Shown here piece after piece: positions 59,298-64,000 of a stretch of DNA of 64,000 nucleotides. The stretch is from Alphaproteobacteria bacterium (lineage in GTDB: Bacteria > Pseudomonadota > Alphaproteobacteria > MPNO01): assembly GCA_964291675.2 (NCBI GenBank), contig OZ219866.1, positions 2,528,001-2,592,000 of the forward strand. Direction: 5' to 3'. The notes under the pieces were generated by a model that did no database searches, was not told the origin of the DNA, and was given only the letters and a program-made list of their open reading frames with translations. Position 1 is the first letter of the stretch, and every line of letters begins with the position of its first letter. The position numbers and the translations under genes are program-made.

Positions 59298-60077
59298 CTA
59301 CCGCTTGAGCGCGCCCCTGAGTTCGGCGGGCTCGATGGTGGCGACGTAGGCGAGGATCGCGTCCAGGTCCTCCAGCGTGAGCTCCAGCGGGACGATGGGC
59401 GGCGGGCGGGATTGGTCGAACGGGTCGGTCACGTCGGGGATCTGGGTGAACGACGGGTGCGGGTTGAGCATGTAGAAGCCGCGGAACCGGACCTCCCAGT
59501 CGGTGAGCGTCTTGAGCACCCGGAACGAGGGGGTCGAGCCGAGCCCGCCCATCCGGTTGCGCGGCCCGATCACGTGGCAGCGCCCGCAATGCAGGAAGGC
59601 GAGCTTCTCGCCGCGCGCGAGGTCGCCGGTGGGCGTGGGGCGCGGCTTCTCGACCCTGGCCCCGGCCGCCGCGAGGAACACCTGGCGCCCGTCGGCGCGG
59701 AAGGACTCGACCGTGCGTTGGCCCACCGTGGACAGGAGCCAGTCGACGAAGCGCCCGGCGTGCGCAGCCTCGCCCGGGCCGTCCGGCACCGCGCGCACCA
59801 GATGCAGCGCCTTGCCGGCGCGGAACGCCGGGCGCCCCTCGCCGATCGCCGCCGCCGGGCCGAGCAGCACGTCGGCCTCGACCCCTTCCAGCAGCTCGAC
59901 GGCCGAGACCTTGATCCGCGTCTTGAGCGAGAACCGGGGCAGCAGGTATTTGAACGCCCCGCTCTCCAGCAGCTCCGGCGTGCTCGCCAGCACGATCCGG
60001 CGCTCCTGCGCCGCCGCCAGACTCGCCAGCGACAGCATGCAGAGCGCGATCAGCCCCGTCCTCGACCAGCCCGCCAT
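59298..60077 (-). CDS. Secreted protein: PBP/TupA-like N-terminal fragment plus monoheme cytochrome c
   Basis: Signal peptide; LASTPELLESGAFKYLLPRFSLKTRIKV; GDLARGEKLA..HCGRCH. Confidence 0.72.
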   Translation of the reverse strand: MAGWSRTGLIALCMLSLASLAAAQERRIVLASTPELLESGAFKYLLPRFSLKTRIKVSAVELLEGVEADVLLGPAAAIGEGRPAFRAGKALHLVRAVPDGPGEAAHAGRFVDWLLSTVGQRTVESFRADGRQVFLAAAGARVEKPRPTPTGDLARGEKLAFLHCGRCHVIGPRNRMGGLGSTPSFRVLKTLTDWEVRFRGFYMLNPHPSFTQIPDVTDPFDQSRPPPIVPLELTLEDLDAILAYVATIEPAELRGALKR

Positions 60078-60177
60078 GGCGCCCCTCCTGCGAAATCCCC
60101 GGCGAATCCCCAGCGCAACCCCCTCGGACTCTGCGGGAAAGCCAGCTAGAATTCAATCGAAGCGCGGGAGGAGGGCG

Positions 60178-60390
60178 ATGAGCGAAGGCTTCGACGAGTT
60201 CAACATGACGATGCGCAAGTTCCTCAAGCAGGTCGGCGTGACGTCGCAGCAGGCGATCGAGGACGCGATGCGGGACGCCGGGGCGGAACGCACCGCCGGG
60301 CGGAGCTTCGCGGTCCGCATGGTGCTGACGATCGACGAGCTCGATCTCGCGCACACCGTCGAGGGCCGGATCGACGGCAGGGGCGAATGA
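60178..60390 (+). CDS. Small conserved hypothetical protein (DUF6494-like)
   Basis: GGAGG RBS; FNMTMRKFLKQVGVTSQQAIE; ATGA overlap with the mrp-like gene. Confidence 0.75.
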   Translation: MSEGFDEFNMTMRKFLKQVGVTSQQAIEDAMRDAGAERTAGRSFAVRMVLTIDELDLAHTVEGRIDGRGE

Positions 60391-61448
60391 GCGCGCGCGA
60401 CGACGTGCTCGCGGCGCTGAAAGGCGTCACCGACCCGGTCAGCGGCCAGGACCTGGTGGCGGCCGGGCTGGTGCGGGCGCTCACGGTCGACGGCGGCGCG
60501 GTGCGCTTCGTGCTGGAGATCGACCCCGCGCGGGCCGAGACCATGGAGGCGGCGCGGGCCGAGGCCGAGGAGGCGGTGGGCGCGCTCGCCGGCGTCGAAC
60601 AGGTCTCGGCGGTGATGACCGCGCACAAGGCGACCGCGCCGCCCGAGCTCGACATCGGGCGCCGCGGCGAGCCGCAGGGGCCGGAAAAAATCCCCGGCGT
60701 CGAGCGCATCGTCGCCATCGCGTCCGGCAAGGGCGGGGTCGGCAAGTCCACCGTCGCCGCCAACCTCGCCGCCGCCTTCGCCGCCGAGGGCAGGCGCGCC
60801 GGGATGCTGGATGCCGACGTCTACGGCCCGTCCCAGCCGCGCATGCTGGGCGTCTCCGGCCGCCCCGCCTCGCCCGACGGCAAGACCATCCTGCCGATGC
60901 GCAACCACGGCGTCACCATGATGTCGATCGGGCTGATGACCCGCGAGGACGAGGCCGTGGTGTGGCGCGGGCCGATGCTGATGGGCGCGCTGCAGCAGAT
61001 GATGAGCCAGGTGCAGTGGGGCGCGCTCGACGTGCTGGTGGTCGATTTGCCGCCGGGCACCGGCGACGTGCAGATGACGCTCACCCAGAACGCCGAGGTG
61101 ACCGGCGCCATCGTGGTGTCGACGCCGCAGGACGTGGCGCTGATCGACGCCCGCAAGGGGGTCGACATGTTCCGCAAGATGGAGACCCCGATCCTCGGCA
61201 TGATCGAGAACATGTCGACCTATGTCTGCGCGAATTGCGGCCACGAGGCGCATCTGTTCGGCCATGGCGGGGTGCGCGAGGCGGCCGAGCGCCTCGGCGT
61301 GCCGCTGCTGGCCGAGATCCCGCTCGACATCGACATCAGGACGGCGGCCGACGGCGGCGCGCCGATCGTCGTCTCCCGGCCGGGCTCGCCCGCGGCCGGG
61401 GCGTTCCGCGCGCTGGCCCGCGCGCTGATCGAAGACGGGCACGCGTGA
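60387..61448 (+). CDS. apbC: Mrp/ApbC/NBP35 Fe-S cluster carrier ATPase
   Basis: N-terminal DUF59-like V.DP...DLV; ASGKGGVGKST, DADVYGPS, WRGPM, DLPPGTGD, ENMS..CANC. Confidence 0.92.
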   Translation: MSARDDVLAALKGVTDPVSGQDLVAAGLVRALTVDGGAVRFVLEIDPARAETMEAARAEAEEAVGALAGVEQVSAVMTAHKATAPPELDIGRRGEPQGPEKIPGVERIVAIASGKGGVGKSTVAANLAAAFAAEGRRAGMLDADVYGPSQPRMLGVSGRPASPDGKTILPMRNHGVTMMSIGLMTREDEAVVWRGPMLMGALQQMMSQVQWGALDVLVVDLPPGTGDVQMTLTQNAEVTGAIVVSTPQDVALIDARKGVDMFRKMETPILGMIENMSTYVCANCGHEAHLFGHGGVREAAERLGVPLLAEIPLDIDIRTAADGGAPIVVSRPGSPAAGAFRALARALIEDGHA

Positions 61449-62173
61449 ACGGCGAGGAGGACAGGCCGAGCTTCCCGCCGCTGTTCGCCGGAATCGAGGT
61501 CGCGGGCGGCACCGACCCCTTCGCCAAGGCCTGCGCCGAGGCGGCGCTCGGCTGCGACGCCGGCACCGTCGTCTACAACATCGCCGTCGACCGGCTGGCG
61601 GCGGCCATCGTGTTCGCCCCCGAGGTCGCGCTCCAGGACGCGATGGCGATGCTGCCGGCCTGCGGCGTCGGGTTCCAGAACGCGCTCGGCGCGCTGGCCC
61701 CGCCCGAGGTCGCCGTCCACCTGACCTGGCAGGGCGGCATTTTGGTCAACGGGGCTACCTGCGGCAGGCTGCGGGCGGCGGCGGCGACGGGCGATCCCGA
61801 TTCCGTGCCGGACTGGCTCGCGGTCGGGCTGGAGGTGCGGCTGATCCCCGACGACCCGGACGCGCCGGGCGCCGAGCCCGACCGCACCTCGCTGTTCGAG
61901 GAGGGCTGCGTCGAGGTCGCGCCGGCGCGGCTGCTGGAGTCCTGGGCGCGGCACACGCTGGTGTGGATCAACCGCTGGTCGGAGGAGGGCGCGCGCCCGC
62001 TGCACGCCGAGTGGCGCGGGCTCGCCCACGACATGGGCGAGGAGATCGCGCTGGACCGGGGCGGTGCGGCGATGCATGGTGTGTTCGTCGGCATCGACGA
62101 GCGCTTCGGGCTGCTGCTGCGCCGGGGCGACGACACGACGCTGGTGCCGTTGAGCGAGCTCCTGGAGAAGTGA
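61445..62173 (+). CDS. Biotin/lipoate ligase-like protein (DUF4444-type)
   Basis: GTG overlapping the apbC stop; NALGALAPPEVAVHL.W, PDWL.VG, LLESWARH. Confidence 0.75.
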   Translation: MNGEEDRPSFPPLFAGIEVAGGTDPFAKACAEAALGCDAGTVVYNIAVDRLAAAIVFAPEVALQDAMAMLPACGVGFQNALGALAPPEVAVHLTWQGGILVNGATCGRLRAAAATGDPDSVPDWLAVGLEVRLIPDDPDAPGAEPDRTSLFEEGCVEVAPARLLESWARHTLVWINRWSEEGARPLHAEWRGLAHDMGEEIALDRGGAAMHGVFVGIDERFGLLLRRGDDTTLVPLSELLEK

Positions 62174-62661
62174 CGGTGAACCTCGCCCGCGCGATCCATT
62201 TCGACGAGAGCGACATGCGCATCTTCTACGCGCCGGCGCGCACCGGCGAATGGTGCATCTCGGGCGGGTTCGAGTTCTCCAACTGGGGCGAGGCGGACCT
62301 CGCCGGCAAGGCGCGCCAGGCCTTCGCCAATGGCTGGCTCGGGGTGGAGACCTTCGGCCGGGTGACCTTCGTCGCGGTGACCCGCATCGAGCCCGACGAG
62401 CTGGCGGCGCTGGCGAGCCGTCTGGCCGGGCACTTCGTCGAGGTGTGGGGCGCGCCCTCGGTCGAGGCGGCGCTGCCGGCGGCGCGCGAGGAGCTGGCGC
62501 AGATGGCCGAGCTGTGCGCCGACCACGCCCCCAACACCCTGCTCACCGTCGCCCGCGAGCTCACCGGGGCGGGGGTCAAAGAGAGCTTCCGCGTCATCGA
62601 GGCCGAGGACGCCGGGCTCGAGCAGTTCGCCATCCACGGCGATGCGGAGGGGATGCATTAG
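62170..62661 (+). CDS. Conserved hypothetical protein (DUF6505-like)
   Basis: LARAIHFDESD, GEWCISGGFEF, GKARQAFANGWLG; GTGA overlap. Confidence 0.75.
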   Translation: MTVNLARAIHFDESDMRIFYAPARTGEWCISGGFEFSNWGEADLAGKARQAFANGWLGVETFGRVTFVAVTRIEPDELAALASRLAGHFVEVWGAPSVEAALPAAREELAQMAELCADHAPNTLLTVARELTGAGVKESFRVIEAEDAGLEQFAIHGDAEGMH

Positions 62662-62778
62662 GGCGCCGCACGCGGCGTTTCCCTCCCCGGTCGCGCCCCG
62701 ACTCGTTCCACCGCTGTCCGGCTCGGACTTTCAACCCGGGCTCCGCGCCCATGAGCGACAACATCTCCGCCCCTCGTT

Positions 62779-62830
62779 GTCACCCCGGGCTTGCCCCGGA
62801 TCGCAGTCCGGCGCAAGTCCGGCCGTGACG
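62779..62830. repeat. Degenerate REP-like palindrome
   Basis: gtcaccccgggcttgccccgg...ccggcgcaagtccggccgtgac. Confidence 0.55.
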
Positions 62831-63002
62831 AAGGGGGCGGGCGAGGGAGCCGCACCCGGTGGCGCCCTGTTCCCGGTCCACCGCCCGGCGGGCGCGAACG
62901 GCGGAGGCTTGCCTGGCCGAGGCGCGATAGGCAGGTTGCACGACAAGCCGCCCATCCCCGGGGCAGACCGGCCTCGCCCATTCCCAGCCCGGAGAGCCTC
63001 CG

Positions 63003-64000
63003 ATGCTGACGCCGGACGAGCTTGAGAAAGTCGTTGCCGAGCTCGCTTCCCGGCCCGGCCACGAGAAGGTTCGCACGCAGGTGCACCGGCTGTTGGTCGA
63101 TGGCCTGGGTGCGGACAGCCGCGACATAGATTTCGAACGGCCCGCCCCCGAGGTGCGCGGCCGGATCGACGCCTTGCTCGGCCGCACCGTGTTGGAATTC
63201 AAGTCCGATTTGCGGCGCGAACGCGCGGACGCGGAGCAAGGGCTCGCCCGCTACCTCTCCGAACGGGAAAGCGAAACCGGCGAACGATATGTCGGCATCG
63301 CCACGGACGGCGCCGACTTCATCGCCTTCTTCCTTCGCGACGATCGGGTCCTCGAGGTCGGGCTCCATCGCGCGGAGCCCGCCGAACCGGGGACATTGCT
63401 GACATGGCTGCGAGGCACGGTGGCGATCGGCGAGGAATTGGTCCCCGATCCGTTCACGATCACGCGTGAGTTCGGACGCCAGAGCCTGGCCGCGCAACGT
63501 GCCATGCTCGACCTGGACGACCTATGGACAGGGGTTGCGCACTCGCCCGAGGCGGGTCTGAAGCGGGAGCTTTGGAACCGCCTGCTGAGCGTCGCCTACG
63601 GGGCCGAAATCGGCGACGACGCCCTGTTCCTGCAACACACCTATCTCGTCGTCGTGGCCAAGGCGGTGGCCTGGTCGGCGATGATCGACGCGCCCCCGCC
63701 GGACGGCGCGGCGCTCTTGCACGGAACCGCATTCGCCGATCTCGGAATCGAGGGGCAAAGCGAAGCCGATTTCTTCGATTGGGTGCTGGAGGCCGAAGGC
63801 GGCGCGGAGCTGGTCATGCGGATCGCGCGCCAGGTAAACCGGTTCCGGCTGCGCGACATTCGCGTCGACATTCTCAAGGCGCTCTACGAGAGCCTGATCG
63901 ACCCGGAGACCCGCCACGATCTCGGCGAGTACTACACCCCCGACTGGCTGGCGGCGCGAATGGTCGCGGCCACAGTGGACCGGCCGCTTGAGCAGCGGGT
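63003..64000 (+). CDS. Type IIG-like fused restriction endonuclease / N6-adenine methyltransferase, truncated by window end
   Basis: Not in the ORF track. Manual translation from ATG 63003: GRIDALLGRTVLEFKSD (PD-(D/E)xK-like), GIATDG, FFDW, LYESLIDPETRHDLGEYYTPDWLA (motif X). Confidence 0.85.
   Translation, partial: MLTPDELEKVVAELASRPGHEKVRTQVHRLLVDGLGADSRDIDFERPAPEVRGRIDALLGRTVLEFKSDLRRERADAEQGLARYLSERESETGERYVGIATDGADFIAFFLRDDRVLEVGLHRAEPAEPGTLLTWLRGTVAIGEELVPDPFTITREFGRQSLAAQRAMLDLDDLWTGVAHSPEAGLKRELWNRLLSVAYGAEIGDDALFLQHTYLVVVAKAVAWSAMIDAPPPDGAALLHGTAFADLGIEGQSEADFFDWVLEAEGGAELVMRIARQVNRFRLRDIRVDILKALYESLIDPETRHDLGEYYTPDWLAARMVAATVDRPLEQR

Overview
High-GC, alphaproteobacterial-looking chromosomal window with four parts. 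(1) 1-15.5 kb is metabolic and transport genes: an LLM-class oxidoreductase, an MFS transporter, a nitronate monooxygenase, a partial Liv-type ABC set, YtkA-like and DM13 proteins, and an acyl-CoA ligase/Liv-ABC/PaaK-like operon. (2) About 15.6-44.3 kb is an accessory block: a LysR cluster (two full-length, two HTH-only) next to an atypical Tad/Flp (type IVc) pilus locus. The locus has tandem-duplicated vWA TadG-like genes, a TadD-like TPR lipoprotein fused to the CpaC/RcpA secretin, and two CpaE/TadZ paralogs, one apparently frameshifted. Translationally coupled between tadC and cpaA/cpaB is a cassette of a di-heme cytochrome c peroxidase, a DAHL-like sensor kinase with no visible H-box His, and an output-less Cache sensor. 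A 135-bp tandem-repeat orphan and a TPR-SPOR protein follow. (3) 44.3-62.7 kb holds yghU, mepA and a Cys-type formate dehydrogenase (FDH3-like) cluster with maturation genes, interrupted by REP-like palindromes, a REP-inserted MITE-like element, a parDE module and a degenerate nuclease-like gene. (4) A type IIG-like restriction-modification gene runs off the right edge. The best candidate for an undescribed system is the Tad pilus locus with the self-piloted secretin and embedded peroxidase/sensor cassette. All family calls come from motif recognition by eye; no database searches were run.
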